This document shows positions 34,862 through 44,566 of a DNA stretch of 64,000 nt, in pieces. The notes under the pieces were generated by a model that saw nothing but the letters and a program-made list of their open reading frames with translations, had not been told where the DNA came from and made no database searches. Numbering within the stretch: the stretch's first letter is position 1; the number at the start of each line of letters is the position of its first letter. Both the position numbers and the translations under genes were made by a program. The DNA comes from a virus (Duplodnaviria > Caudoviricetes), in the IMG/VR virus record IMGVR_UViG_3300046318_000439, positions 64,001 to 128,000 of that record. One strand, 5' to 3'.

Positions 34862-35083
34862 CTAGTCTTGATTCAGGTATTTGCGGTATGGTCTAGCATC
34901 AAAAAGGACACCATGGTCCTTATCAAAAACCACATCTACAACATCATAATAACCATAAGGCGTTAACACCTTGATTGGTAAGGAGAAATTTCCTTTCTTG
35001 AGCTGACCTGCATCATTGCTGGACATTGCATTCTGCTGCCAAAGGTCAAGAGCCTTTTTTATGATATCATATGCGTCATTCAT
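34862..35083 (-). CDS. Hypothetical protein
   Basis: Coupled ORF. Confidence 0.6.
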   Translation of the reverse strand: MNDAYDIIKKALDLWQQNAMSSNDAGQLKKGNFSLPIKVLTPYGYYDVVDVVFDKDHGVLFDARPYRKYLNQD

Positions 35084-35280
35084 TCTACTATGATCCTTAT
35101 GCCTTCACATGTGTAATATTCTTCCATTCTTTCACGATCCACCACCTTCGCGTAGTGTCCCTCCTCCAAGAACCGGTCAAACTCTATAGAGCTTAATAAG
35201 AAGTAATCAACAGGCCTATCGCCACCGAGGATATAATCCATTTGCTCAGTAATCGTACGTTCTCTATAAATTGCTTTCAT
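35080..35280 (-). CDS. Hypothetical protein
   Basis: Coupled ORF. Confidence 0.6.
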   Translation of the reverse strand: MKAIYRERTITEQMDYILGGDRPVDYFLLSSIEFDRFLEEGHYAKVVDRERMEEYYTCEGIRIIVE

Positions 35281-35498
35281 TGCTTATCCTTGAACTTTTT
35301 TATTTCGAAGTTGAAATCGCGTTCCGTTGATATTAAACGATTTTCCAAATTCTGGATTCTACTAGATATCTTTGTAACTTTCAAGGATAATAGTATTATA
35401 GCTATAATAAGCAGGGAAACGGTTAGACCAAGGCCTGCCACTAGTCCAGTTATCCAACCCCATACCTCATTCAGTTCAGTTAAAATAGTATGAATCAT
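35277..35498 (-). CDS. Small membrane protein
   Basis: TM segment plus coiled tail. Confidence 0.6.
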   Translation of the reverse strand: MIHTILTELNEVWGWITGLVAGLGLTVSLLIIAIILLSLKVTKISSRIQNLENRLISTERDFNFEIKKFKDKQ

Positions 35499-35683
35499 TA
35501 TTTGGAACGACTATAAGATATACTACCAAATAAAATCAACGCGGCTAACCAAGTAGTAAACGTGAGAGGAATGTTAGCTATTGGGAATAGTACATTGATT
35601 GACCATATCACTGCAATTGGCATACATGCGATTAAAATAATTGCGATTACCAAGAGAATTACATTTCTAACAAGTGATCCCAT
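35498..35683 (-). CDS. Small membrane protein
   Basis: Two TM segments. Confidence 0.6.
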   Translation of the reverse strand: MGSLVRNVILLVIAIILIACMPIAVIWSINVLFPIANIPLTFTTWLAALILFGSISYSRSK

Positions 35684-35847
35684 TACTTACTCCCTTTGAT
35701 GTTGAAGAATTCTTCTACTGCTTTAGCTACTTGATCAATCACGCAAGCAGCAATCTGATGATCCCAAGTTGTAATCGCACATGCATTACCATTCTGATCC
35801 CTGATCACCTTTAAGCATTCTAAAATTGTTATTTCTCTTTCTGTCAT
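35683..35847 (-). CDS. Small hypothetical protein (54 aa)
   Basis: MTEREITILECLKVIRDQNGNAC... Confidence 0.5.
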   Translation of the reverse strand: MTEREITILECLKVIRDQNGNACAITTWDHQIAACVIDQVAKAVEEFFNIKGSK

Positions 35848-35855
35848 ATTTTTTC

Positions 35856-36107
35856 CTAGTGCATTGAATAATTGGTAAACCGCTCTCCATGTTCAGTCTT
35901 ACCTGTTATAGTAGTTAGTAGCTGTATAAAGTCTCTTTCGCTTCCAGCTTCTCTATTTGCACAAATAAGTCTTGCATTTACTACCGCGGATAGGGATAAT
36001 GGGGATAGTTTATATTTGAGAGCAAGTATTGCTAGTACTTCATCAACCTCTGCTGACAATTCTTTAATTTCCACATCTTTCAACATGTTAAGCTCCTTTT
36101 TCGTCAA
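35856..36107 (-). CDS. Hypothetical protein
   Basis: ORF track. Confidence 0.6.
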   Translation of the reverse strand: MTKKELNMLKDVEIKELSAEVDEVLAILALKYKLSPLSLSAVVNARLICANREAGSERDFIQLLTTITGKTEHGERFTNYSMH

Positions 36108-36172
36108 TTTTACATTAAAAATAACATTTAGTCAACATCATAAATAGTTAAAACATACTTAACGAGTACATA

Positions 36173-37054
36173 ATGAATAGTCTGCAAGAAAAGAAAATTC
36201 TCGTCCACATGAAGCAACGCTTAGGCGAAGAGGTACCACAATCTTTGTTGAATGAGATTAATGAGGAAGAAGCAGCAATTGTTGCTGCAGAGCAAAAACA
36301 GCTAGCACTCCAAGAAGAACGCAAAAGCGCGTTCAAAGGTATCTTTGCAGACCTATCATTACAACTTGGTCAGCTGATGGCTGAGGAGAAGAAAAAGACA
36401 GAAGAAGAACAAGCTCTATTAGATCGCTTCGCTAATGTTTTAGAACATGTCGATCAAATCAAATCTCAAATAGCAGAACGTAAGGAACAAACGACAGAAG
36501 AGTTTATCGAGGATATTATTCCACAAGAGATATTAGAAACTACTTCTATTGTTCTTGCTCCAGAAGAACCACCAAAGCGACCTCCAATCAAAGATCCTAT
36601 CAAAGATGTTGTAGATAAGATAAAGGCAACTAAACCCTCTTCAATGTTTATTCAGCCAGATCCGGTACCAGTGAGCAGAGATATCAAAGATATCCAAAGC
36701 AAGCTAAAGATGTTAGAGGGATGGGTTAGCAAGATATCAATGACTGGTCCTGGGGGTGGTGCTGGTAGCGTCGATCAACTCGATCACAGAACGCACGTAG
36801 TGGTTAGCGATAGTTATAATATTAGCAGGCATGACTATTACGTCGGAATTGATTATCCTGGAAATGTTGCTGTGTACTTGCCTACAACTGTATCAAATGG
36901 CCGAGTGCTCGTAATCAAAGATGAATCAGGCAGTGCCGCTCATTATCCTATTACAGTGGTTGGAAGAGTAGACAATGACCCAGATGGTTTTATTTTAAAA
37001 ATTAACAATGGAGCCGTGCAACTCATATACAGTAACGGCTGGAGAATAATATGA
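36173..37054 (+). CDS. Late hypothetical (probable virion) protein
   Basis: CATAAATA at 36139; coiled N-terminus; GPGGGAGSV and DYYVGIDY...LIYSNGWRII tail. Confidence 0.7.
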   Translation: MNSLQEKKILVHMKQRLGEEVPQSLLNEINEEEAAIVAAEQKQLALQEERKSAFKGIFADLSLQLGQLMAEEKKKTEEEQALLDRFANVLEHVDQIKSQIAERKEQTTEEFIEDIIPQEILETTSIVLAPEEPPKRPPIKDPIKDVVDKIKATKPSSMFIQPDPVPVSRDIKDIQSKLKMLEGWVSKISMTGPGGGAGSVDQLDHRTHVVVSDSYNISRHDYYVGIDYPGNVAVYLPTTVSNGRVLVIKDESGSAAHYPITVVGRVDNDPDGFILKINNGAVQLIYSNGWRII

Positions 37055-38286
37055 CATTTTTATTTAAAGAACCAAACGTCGATGCGTTTGGCAGACAAAT
37101 GGTTACTGTCCCATTTACACTTGGCGACTATAAACATCTATATGGTATTGATCCTAACTTCCTGGAGTATATTACTAATGGAGCGACGGTAGCATATCAA
37201 AGTAATAAAGCATGCGCACGTCTGACAACATCAAGCAACTCGGCAAGTCGCATCGTGCATCAGTCGAAGTTCTATCATCACTATATGCCTGGTAAGAGTC
37301 AGTTGATACTATCCAGCTTTAATTTTTACACAGCTGTTCCTAACGTAACCAAGCGAACAGGATACTTCGATGACAACAACGGCATATACTTTGAACAAAC
37401 AGGCGATGGTACGTTGAGCTTTGTTATCCGTAGCTACGTCAGTGGAAGTGTAGTAGAGACAAGAGTTCCGCAGTCTAGCTGGAATAGAAATAAGTGTAAT
37501 GGTGTTGGTCCAAACGCGTGGACAATTGATATCACGAAGACTCAATTAATATTCATTGATTTTCAGTGGCTAGGCGTTGGTCGTGTAAGAGTTGGTTTTG
37601 TCCATGATGGTGAGTATATTGTTGCTCATGTGTTTGATCATAGCAACGCGTTACCTACCGTTTATATGAGTACACCAAACTTACCAGTGCGTTGTGAAGT
37701 TGTCAATGTGGGAACAACGACTGGTGGATTTATCGATCAAATTTGTAGTACGGTAGTATCGGAAGGTGGCTATGTTGAAGCTGGTTCCGATTGGGCAGTC
37801 GCATCTCCCACACTAAGAACGCTTGCTGCCGGTGCCACATTGCCAATATTGGCAATACGTTTAAAGAATGCATATAAAACATATCCTAACCGAATGATTG
37901 CTAAGATGGGGCAAGTCAATATTTTATCTACAGGCGCTAACATTAAGTACCGTCTAATCAAATTACCAAATATATCACAATTAACTGTTGGTGGTAGTTG
38001 GGTGTCTGTCGATGATGATAGCGGTGTAGAATATATGGCTGGTGCAACTGCATTTACTGATGGGGATGAACATCTTAGTGGGTTTGTTGCTGCTAGCAGT
38101 CAAAACTTAATACAAACGCAAGGTGGTGCGCCTACGCCTAGTACACCATCATCAGCCAAGAAAAATTACATTGTTCAAAACTATGATAGTACAGATTCGG
38201 AAATATATGTACTGGTAGCAACTAATATACATGCCACCGATTCTACTACTGTTGGCGTATCAATGCAATGGCGTGAAATATATTAA
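37051..38286 (+). CDS. Probable virion structural protein
   Basis: DAFGRQMV, YMPGKSQLI, IDFQWLGVGRVRVGF, PNLPVRCE motifs typical of T4-like aquatic phage late proteins. Confidence 0.7.
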   Translation: MTFLFKEPNVDAFGRQMVTVPFTLGDYKHLYGIDPNFLEYITNGATVAYQSNKACARLTTSSNSASRIVHQSKFYHHYMPGKSQLILSSFNFYTAVPNVTKRTGYFDDNNGIYFEQTGDGTLSFVIRSYVSGSVVETRVPQSSWNRNKCNGVGPNAWTIDITKTQLIFIDFQWLGVGRVRVGFVHDGEYIVAHVFDHSNALPTVYMSTPNLPVRCEVVNVGTTTGGFIDQICSTVVSEGGYVEAGSDWAVASPTLRTLAAGATLPILAIRLKNAYKTYPNRMIAKMGQVNILSTGANIKYRLIKLPNISQLTVGGSWVSVDDDSGVEYMAGATAFTDGDEHLSGFVAASSQNLIQTQGGAPTPSTPSSAKKNYIVQNYDSTDSEIYVLVATNIHATDSTTVGVSMQWREIY

Positions 38287-38420
38287 ATAGGAATAAATAT
38301 ACAGATATCACACAAATACACACCTTAGGACCGTTATCTTACAAGTGTGTAAAAAGGAGGCCCCTGCCTACTACATCGCTTATGCGAGGACACAAGTGGG
38401 GAACTAATAAACTTATAAAT

Positions 38421-39506
38421 ATGACCATGGACATCGAAACTAGACGTAAAATCTCTCGCTCAATGAAGGGCAAATCAAACTTTGAAGGTAAGAGACATTC
38501 TCACGCCACAAAGCTTCAGATCGGTTTCTCTCAAGAGGGGCACCGTAATGTTAAGGACCACAAGTGGGTTACTGACAAAGAAACAGGCGAGGAAAGCCGC
38601 GTAAAAGGCAATAAACCAAAAGGTACTCGTTGGGGCCGTAGTAGAAGGTCATTCAACGAGATGGTAAACGATCCATGTTGGAAAACACATAAGATGGTTG
38701 GGATGAAGAAAAAGAACGGTAAAATGGTACCAAATTGCGTACCGGAAAGCACACAAATGGCAGAACAAGATAACAAGAAATGGAAAACAAAAACTCCTTG
38801 GATGAAATCTAAAGAGGCTGTTACAGATAAATCTGGTGCTGTTCACACTCCAATGTCTCGTGCCCGTAACTTAGCTCGCATGGCTCTCAAATCAAAGAAA
38901 CAAAGAGAAGAAGTAAAAGAAGCGTCAATTTTTTCTTCTTCTATGGCTGGTCGTGGTCAGACTGGTATGGTAGGAAAGAAACCTAATGCTTCAGATATGC
39001 CTTCTTATGGAACATACAATGTCACTGTCAAACATGAAGGTGGCGAAAAGACATATAAGCTAAAGGCAATGAAGGATCATAAGCATGCCGTTAACGTAGC
39101 TTCTAAACTACACGCTAAAGACAATCCTGGCCAGAAGATCAAAGATGTATCACACATTAAAGAAGATACAGCCGTAAACGAAGTATCTAAGCAATTGATG
39201 GGCCGCTACATTGAAAAGGCTGCTACATCTATGTCAACAGCTGCATTCGGACAAGGTCAAGCATCTGCATCACGCCGTCCTCCATCAGAGAAAGATCAGA
39301 AGACAGGTTCGAAGCGTATGGCTGGCATTGCTAGAGCAACATCAAAACTTACTAAAGAAGAAACTTTAGAAGAAGCAAAGGCAACATATTGCGGTCGTTG
39401 TGGTACAACTCACGTTGCTCCTAAGTTTGGCGGCAAGTGTCCTGCTCTTAAAGAAAGCATGAGTCCAGTGACAAAGCGCGTATGTGCTCTTCTATCTAAA
39501 AAATAA
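38421..39506 (+). CDS. Hypothetical protein with NUMOD3-like N-terminus and charged repeats
   Basis: TATAAATA at 38414; ETRRKISRSMKGKSNFEGKRHS; DPCWKTHKMVGMKKKNGKMVPNCVP. Confidence 0.7.
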   Translation: MTMDIETRRKISRSMKGKSNFEGKRHSHATKLQIGFSQEGHRNVKDHKWVTDKETGEESRVKGNKPKGTRWGRSRRSFNEMVNDPCWKTHKMVGMKKKNGKMVPNCVPESTQMAEQDNKKWKTKTPWMKSKEAVTDKSGAVHTPMSRARNLARMALKSKKQREEVKEASIFSSSMAGRGQTGMVGKKPNASDMPSYGTYNVTVKHEGGEKTYKLKAMKDHKHAVNVASKLHAKDNPGQKIKDVSHIKEDTAVNEVSKQLMGRYIEKAATSMSTAAFGQGQASASRRPPSEKDQKTGSKRMAGIARATSKLTKEETLEEAKATYCGRCGTTHVAPKFGGKCPALKESMSPVTKRVCALLSKK

Positions 39507-39512
39507 AGAGTA

Positions 39513-40043
39513 ATGTATAGGATATTTCTACAATCTAAGAAACTCATTGTAGTTGAAGCAACAGAAAAAGAGTTTAGACAGAAGTATCCTGGCTCATACG
39601 AACTTATCCAATCAATCGCTGAGTACGACAACCTTGATAAGGTGATCGAGCGTTTAAAGAAGGATTATCGCGTTTCAGAAGTAATCAAAGATTATGCTGA
39701 ATTGAAACGCTGGGGTTGGAAATATTTCACAGAAGAAGTAAGACGTCGATGGCTCCAAGCTAAAATAGGAAAGCCACGACCAGCTGCATCCAATGCTAAG
39801 GTTTCAGCTAAGATGAAAGGTAAGTCTAACTTCGAAGGCCGTCGTCATGCTAAGATGACTAAGATTGTAATAGCATCAAGACGATATGGCAAGGCTACCA
39901 TTAAAGGACAAAAGTGGTGCCATCATCCTGAATCAGGAAAAGAGCTACGCTGCTTCTACGAAGACCTACCAATCGGATTTGTTTGGGGTAGAAGTCCAGA
40001 AATTAGAGACTATCTAAGACCAGCTAAACGCAACAGCAATTAA
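39513..40043 (+). CDS. Hypothetical protein with NUMOD3-like motif
   Basis: KVSAKMKGKSNFEGRRH. Confidence 0.65.
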   Translation: MYRIFLQSKKLIVVEATEKEFRQKYPGSYELIQSIAEYDNLDKVIERLKKDYRVSEVIKDYAELKRWGWKYFTEEVRRRWLQAKIGKPRPAASNAKVSAKMKGKSNFEGRRHAKMTKIVIASRRYGKATIKGQKWCHHPESGKELRCFYEDLPIGFVWGRSPEIRDYLRPAKRNSN

Positions 40044-40486
40044 TAAGGCCAAGTGCCTTTCGGGGAATCTTCTTCTTCCTCTTCTTCTATTTCTTCGAGA
40101 AGCTCAATTTCTAATGGACCGATGAAGGTAGTTTCTGTGTCCCATTGACTCCAATCAAGTTCCTCAATGCCCTCATATCCATTTTCGTCCCACGCAGCTT
40201 CAAACTGCTCTTTCTCTTCATCGGTGACGTTATCTGAGTAATTGAACCACAACGCAACGCCGTCATCGAACCCTTGATCTTCTATTGAGTAGTCCGACAC
40301 TAAAAGGCCATTCGGATTTGTTGGGTCGATCTCATCCTTTTCAACACCACTTATGATAACATACCCCCAGCGCCACCACTGCTCCATTGTAACTCTTTGT
40401 GTTACGCCATTTACTACTCGTTCGAATATTTCTTCTTGACAAATAGACTTTTTATCTTGTGTTGAGATCTTATAGACGCAGCTCAT
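40040..40486 (-). CDS. Acidic hypothetical protein
   Basis: ORF track. Confidence 0.7.
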   Translation of the reverse strand: MSCVYKISTQDKKSICQEEIFERVVNGVTQRVTMEQWWRWGYVIISGVEKDEIDPTNPNGLLVSDYSIEDQGFDDGVALWFNYSDNVTDEEKEQFEAAWDENGYEGIEELDWSQWDTETTFIGPLEIELLEEIEEEEEEDSPKGTWPY

Positions 40487-40488
40487 GT

Positions 40489-40626
40489 TTACTCCATATA
40501 TTCAAAGAACGTGTTACAGACTTCTCTACCTTTATTGAAACAGTAGGCAATAAAGTTCCAAAAGAACCCTAACACTAGGAAAGGAATCGCTAATGTAAAA
40601 CTAATGGCAATGGCTATATTTTTCAT
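40489..40626 (-). CDS. Small membrane protein (45 aa)
   Basis: MKNIAIAISFTLAIPFLVLGFFWNFIAYCF... Confidence 0.55.
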   Translation of the reverse strand: MKNIAIAISFTLAIPFLVLGFFWNFIAYCFNKGREVCNTFFEYME

Positions 40627-40907
40627 TCTTCACTTTCAATAATTAAGTTAGAGTACTTTTTAAGTTTGTTGCGTTTCTGCTCAACGAACCGCTCAATGCG
40701 AGTAAAAGAAATATGGTCATGTTGATGTAGTAGCTCAATCATACACATGAAGTCACCAATCTCTTTTTCTAGGTGAGCCATATTGTCATGAACACCAAAC
40801 CGAATACACTTACTTGCTTCTTGGATCACCTCAGCAGCTTCTTCCATAAGAACTGTTAGCAGCTCATGATCGTAGGGCATCTTAGAGATTTGTACTTCAG
40901 TTGTCAT
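40623..40907 (-). CDS. MazG-like nucleotide pyrophosphohydrolase
   Basis: LMEEAAEVIQEASK...LEKEIGD acidic motifs. Confidence 0.75.
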   Translation of the reverse strand: MTTEVQISKMPYDHELLTVLMEEAAEVIQEASKCIRFGVHDNMAHLEKEIGDFMCMIELLHQHDHISFTRIERFVEQKRNKLKKYSNLIIESEE

Positions 40908-42058
40908 ACGAAACCAACCTTTCTACCAATTGTTTTTGTTTCATGTTTTTGAACATCACCATTAAATATTTCAGCAAGCGTCCATTTATCTTTTGTAGCA
41001 ATGGTACGTCCAGCTTTCTTAGCTACTACCTCTGCCTCATCTTGCGTTAGCGTATCGAAGTGAAGAATATCGAAGCAGCGGCCAGGACGAACAAGAGCAG
41101 AATCAACATCTCTAATAGATGGTAAGTTTGTAGAGAAGATTAACTTCTTACCTTTAGTAGTTACGAGGCCATCACCAACGTTAAGGAAGCGATGCATCAT
41201 TGAGTTGCCTTCGCTTCTAGCCTTTAGGAACGTATCAGCATCTTCCATCACCATCACGTTAGTATCATTCTCAATAAACTGAGCAAACACATAATCCTTT
41301 TCTAGGATTGCAGCATCATATGTTACAATAGCACTTGACTTAGTGTGTTGTAGGAATCCACGAATGAATGTAGTCTTACCAGTTCCTGGTGGACCAATCA
41401 ACAACAAAATAGAAGCATCCGATTCTAAGAAACGATCGTAGAAATCTTCTACTGCCTCACCCTTAAGGAATGGATACATCTCTGTAGAGGGTGTACGGTC
41501 AGTACGTAAAGGAACGTTCACTGATTGACCATCAGTCGAATACATCCATTCAACATAAGATTCTGCAATCTCAAACTTGCCACCAACGATATCCATGAAT
41601 GCATCGATCTCATCTTGTGTGCCATATACCTTAACATCGATTGCATTAGCATTTAATGAAGCATCAATCCATGAGTTATCTTCTTGATTAATGATCAGCA
41701 TTCCGTTGGAAGAGTAATGAATGATTTTGTATTTCATGTCATCAGTACTAAATCTATTCTTAACATACTCACTCCAACCTTGGCGTGTTGCTAATAGTGT
41801 AGCTTCTTCTAATAACGTATTCTTATCTTGACGATTGAAAAGCAACCGCGTCGTCATATGATCAGATACATCTGATGATGCTAGAAAGAATTCGTTGTTT
41901 GTTGTACTCATTGGTGTTTCTCTATATGGATAGCGTTTATTAAATCTGTTAACCGTCACTCGGCGTACAAGCGATGTCGTATTTGAAGCTCTAGAAGCTC
42001 GTTTTAGTTTTCTAATTTGAGCTGGCGTGAAGCCCATCTCTCTAAGAAACTTACTCAT
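40904..42058 (-). CDS. AAA+ ATPase
   Basis: Walker A GPPGTGKT, Walker B VMVMEDAD, STN, ALVRPGRCFD. Confidence 0.9.
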   Translation of the reverse strand: MSKFLREMGFTPAQIRKLKRASRASNTTSLVRRVTVNRFNKRYPYRETPMSTTNNEFFLASSDVSDHMTTRLLFNRQDKNTLLEEATLLATRQGWSEYVKNRFSTDDMKYKIIHYSSNGMLIINQEDNSWIDASLNANAIDVKVYGTQDEIDAFMDIVGGKFEIAESYVEWMYSTDGQSVNVPLRTDRTPSTEMYPFLKGEAVEDFYDRFLESDASILLLIGPPGTGKTTFIRGFLQHTKSSAIVTYDAAILEKDYVFAQFIENDTNVMVMEDADTFLKARSEGNSMMHRFLNVGDGLVTTKGKKLIFSTNLPSIRDVDSALVRPGRCFDILHFDTLTQDEAEVVAKKAGRTIATKDKWTLAEIFNGDVQKHETKTIGRKVGFV

Positions 42059-42215
42059 CTGTGTCTACTTCTGTATATTCTTTTTCAATTTCTATACGTA
42101 ACAAGTTTTCATAATCTTCTAAGAGATCATAATCAGAGTAGTCCTCGTACTGCTCGGCCTTTGCTCCGCCAAGGCCTCTGATACGATCTACTATTTGTTG
42201 TCTTAGCGGTTTCAT
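42051..42215 (-). CDS. Small hypothetical protein (54 aa)
   Basis: MKPLRQQIVDRIRGLGG... Confidence 0.5.
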   Translation of the reverse strand: MKPLRQQIVDRIRGLGGAKAEQYEDYSDYDLLEDYENLLRIEIEKEYTEVDTDE

Positions 42216-42370
42216 TATTTTGCCAGTTGTTGTGTGAATAATATCATAATGATGATTATAAAGCAGGTACTAAAATAAATCCACTCTGATGAACTAAACT
42301 TTGAATTATTTTTACCACAAGTACATGGATCTCGTCCTTGTCTGCAATTGCAATCTTTACAATTGTTCAT
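42215..42370 (-). CDS. Small Cys-rich membrane protein (51 aa)
   Basis: MNNCKDCNCRQGRDPCTCGK...TM segment. Confidence 0.55.
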   Translation of the reverse strand: MNNCKDCNCRQGRDPCTCGKNNSKFSSSEWIYFSTCFIIIIMILFTQQLAK

Positions 42371-42371
42371 A

Positions 42372-43697
42372 TTAGCCTTTCAGTTTATCTAGTGTGTCAG
42401 CAGTATCCTTATCTTCACGCACTTCTAAAAAGATAGGAAGGAATAACGACTTAGTATCTTTTGTTTTATCATCAACAATAGCATTGTACTTCACTGTAAT
42501 AACTTTACCAACGACATCTGGAGTAATGTTATCACGATCAGCATCAGTAAGACCTGAGCCAACACCAACCTTTAACTTACCACATGCAGACTCAAGCTGC
42601 AGAGCTCCTAAACGTCCAGCATTCTTACCAGTACCTTCCTCCCAAGCTGTACAGATAAGGTCACACTCATACTCACCTTTGAATTTAATCTGATGCTTAG
42701 CACGTTTGTCTTCCCAAATACCATCACGAGTCTTTAGGATAATGCCTTCTTGTCCTTCGCCTAGGAACTTCTCAAACAACGCTTGCGCTTCTTCTTTGTC
42801 CTTAACCTCTTTATGCCACACCAAAGATGCTAAGTATCCAACACCTGACTTCTCTTTCATATCAGATAATGCATTACTTAACTTCGCAATACGAATGGAG
42901 TATGGTTCATCAAACTTACCTTCTGCAAAGTTTTCTAATGGAATAGCATCCCAAAGAGTAGCACGAACATCCAAGGCCTCATCGCCTGACATTGTACCCT
43001 TCACTGCTTTATTGAGAATACCATTACCAGTCTTACGATCGAGTGGCTTACTACCAGAGATGTCTACGACAAGCAGCTCACCATCAAACACCATATCGCA
43101 CCCCCAGAATCTAGCCATGTGAATAAATGGAGCTCCAATAAGGGTGGATGGAATGTCGATCAACTTACCATTACGACTGCGGAACTCACACTTACCGTTT
43201 TTAACGATAGCATTGAATCGCATTCCATCCATCTTTACTTGCACAAATGCAGGCCACTTCACCTTCTGTACAAGTTTATCTTCATAAGCGCTAGCCAACA
43301 TACACGGATACTCTGGAATCAAACCAGGCCACACCTTATTAACTGTTGACTCAGATACTCCACACTTCAGATCTTTCTCAATGATGCGCTCGATTACTCT
43401 TGCTTTATCTGTTGGCAGATTGCAAAGGATATTCCTCAGGTGTTCGATGGCAGCATTGCCAGTCAACGTTCGACCAGATAGTACTGACAATTGGTCCATT
43501 GCCTCTGTTAGGCTGATATCGACGTTGTCTATTTGTTTGTACTCAGGAATCTTTCGGATGAAGAATTGAGTGTATGGGTCTAATGCAAGAAAGATTGCTC
43601 GCTTGAGTACCTCATTGTTTTGATGTTGTTTGAGGTAATCAATTTTAAAATTACGACCATTATCACTAGCGAGAGTTTCAAATATTTGATTAATCAT
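42372..43697 (-). CDS. gp30: ATP-dependent DNA ligase gp30
   Basis: KMDGMR motif I, VFDGEL, EGIILK, KFK, LFLPIF..VREDK. Confidence 0.95.
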   Translation of the reverse strand: MINQIFETLASDNGRNFKIDYLKQHQNNEVLKRAIFLALDPYTQFFIRKIPEYKQIDNVDISLTEAMDQLSVLSGRTLTGNAAIEHLRNILCNLPTDKARVIERIIEKDLKCGVSESTVNKVWPGLIPEYPCMLASAYEDKLVQKVKWPAFVQVKMDGMRFNAIVKNGKCEFRSRNGKLIDIPSTLIGAPFIHMARFWGCDMVFDGELLVVDISGSKPLDRKTGNGILNKAVKGTMSGDEALDVRATLWDAIPLENFAEGKFDEPYSIRIAKLSNALSDMKEKSGVGYLASLVWHKEVKDKEEAQALFEKFLGEGQEGIILKTRDGIWEDKRAKHQIKFKGEYECDLICTAWEEGTGKNAGRLGALQLESACGKLKVGVGSGLTDADRDNITPDVVGKVITVKYNAIVDDKTKDTKSLFLPIFLEVREDKDTADTLDKLKG

Positions 43698-44046
43698 TGC
43701 GTCTCATCTTCGAAATATCAACAGCAGCTTCTTCGCTGAAAATAGGAACCAGGTTTGATTTGTGCATTGTACCAATGCCAATAACTTTACTGCCAGTGTA
43801 TACATTAGCACTTGGCTTAGTAGCAGTCATACCGCCACTATCAACCGATTGAATAGTTTTAAAGTCCATTGAACCTGGACGTACAAACTTAGGTGTAGGA
43901 GTATAAGTCTTAACTATTTCATATGTCTTAGCTTTATTCTCAACTAAGCCATACTTTGCCTTATACTCTTCCCAAGCATCCTTTTGCTTCTCGCGTTGTT
44001 TACGAGTAGTCTTTGATTTAGTACTGAATTGAATAACAGCCATCAC
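43690..44046 (-). CDS. Conserved T4-like hypothetical protein
   Basis: YTGSKVIGIGTMHKSNLVPIFS..A.DISKMRR. Confidence 0.8.
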   Translation of the reverse strand: MMAVIQFSTKSKTTRKQREKQKDAWEEYKAKYGLVENKAKTYEIVKTYTPTPKFVRPGSMDFKTIQSVDSGGMTATKPSANVYTGSKVIGIGTMHKSNLVPIFSEEAAVDISKMRRND

Positions 44047-44096
44047 TTTTCTCCATAATATAATACATTATCCCTTTTTATGAGAAAAATGTCAAC

Positions 44097-44330
44097 TCAA
44101 TCGTGGTAGAATTTTCGCTGTACTCCAAGCACATGGTGAGTTATTTTGTCCTGAATCATGTCAGGTACCGTAAGATATGGCCACTCTAACACAAAAGGAC
44201 AAACGAAACTTTTCCAGCTCTTATGCTGCAAGAAGTGCTTATATTCTTCTCTGTCCTTTTTCTTAGACGGATCAAAGCGACGCTTGACATTAACAGCTTG
44301 ATGCCATTCAAATAAACGTGTACTATACAT
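44097..44330 (-). CDS. Hypothetical protein
   Basis: CPFVLEWPYLTVPDMI motif. Confidence 0.7.
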   Translation of the reverse strand: MYSTRLFEWHQAVNVKRRFDPSKKKDREEYKHFLQHKSWKSFVCPFVLEWPYLTVPDMIQDKITHHVLGVQRKFYHD

Positions 44331-44497
44331 TATTGTATTGTCCTTTTCGCAGTTTGATAGTTGAGTTTATAAGCTACAGCATCCATCACTAATGCTTTAA
44401 GCTCAACTACCTCTTCAAAGGTCAAATAGTCTTCCGACAAATCGCCTCGAAGTACTAATTTCATACGTTCTTCTTTGGTTAGTTTATGTGTGTTCAT
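44330..44497 (-). CDS. Small hypothetical protein (55 aa)
   Basis: MNTHKLTKEERMKLVLRG...; start codon inside a 12-bp hairpin. Confidence 0.55.
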   Translation of the reverse strand: MNTHKLTKEERMKLVLRGDLSEDYLTFEEVVELKALVMDAVAYKLNYQTAKRTIQ

Positions 44498-44566
44498 AGG
44501 TCTGCTATCTAAAATTAAAGAACAGACCTATGAAGCCCAAGAGGGCAACATAGGGATTGATGATGC

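Noticed and set aside
42394-43569. Plus-strand ORFs opposite the ligase
   Set aside because: Antisense shadows without recognisable motifs.
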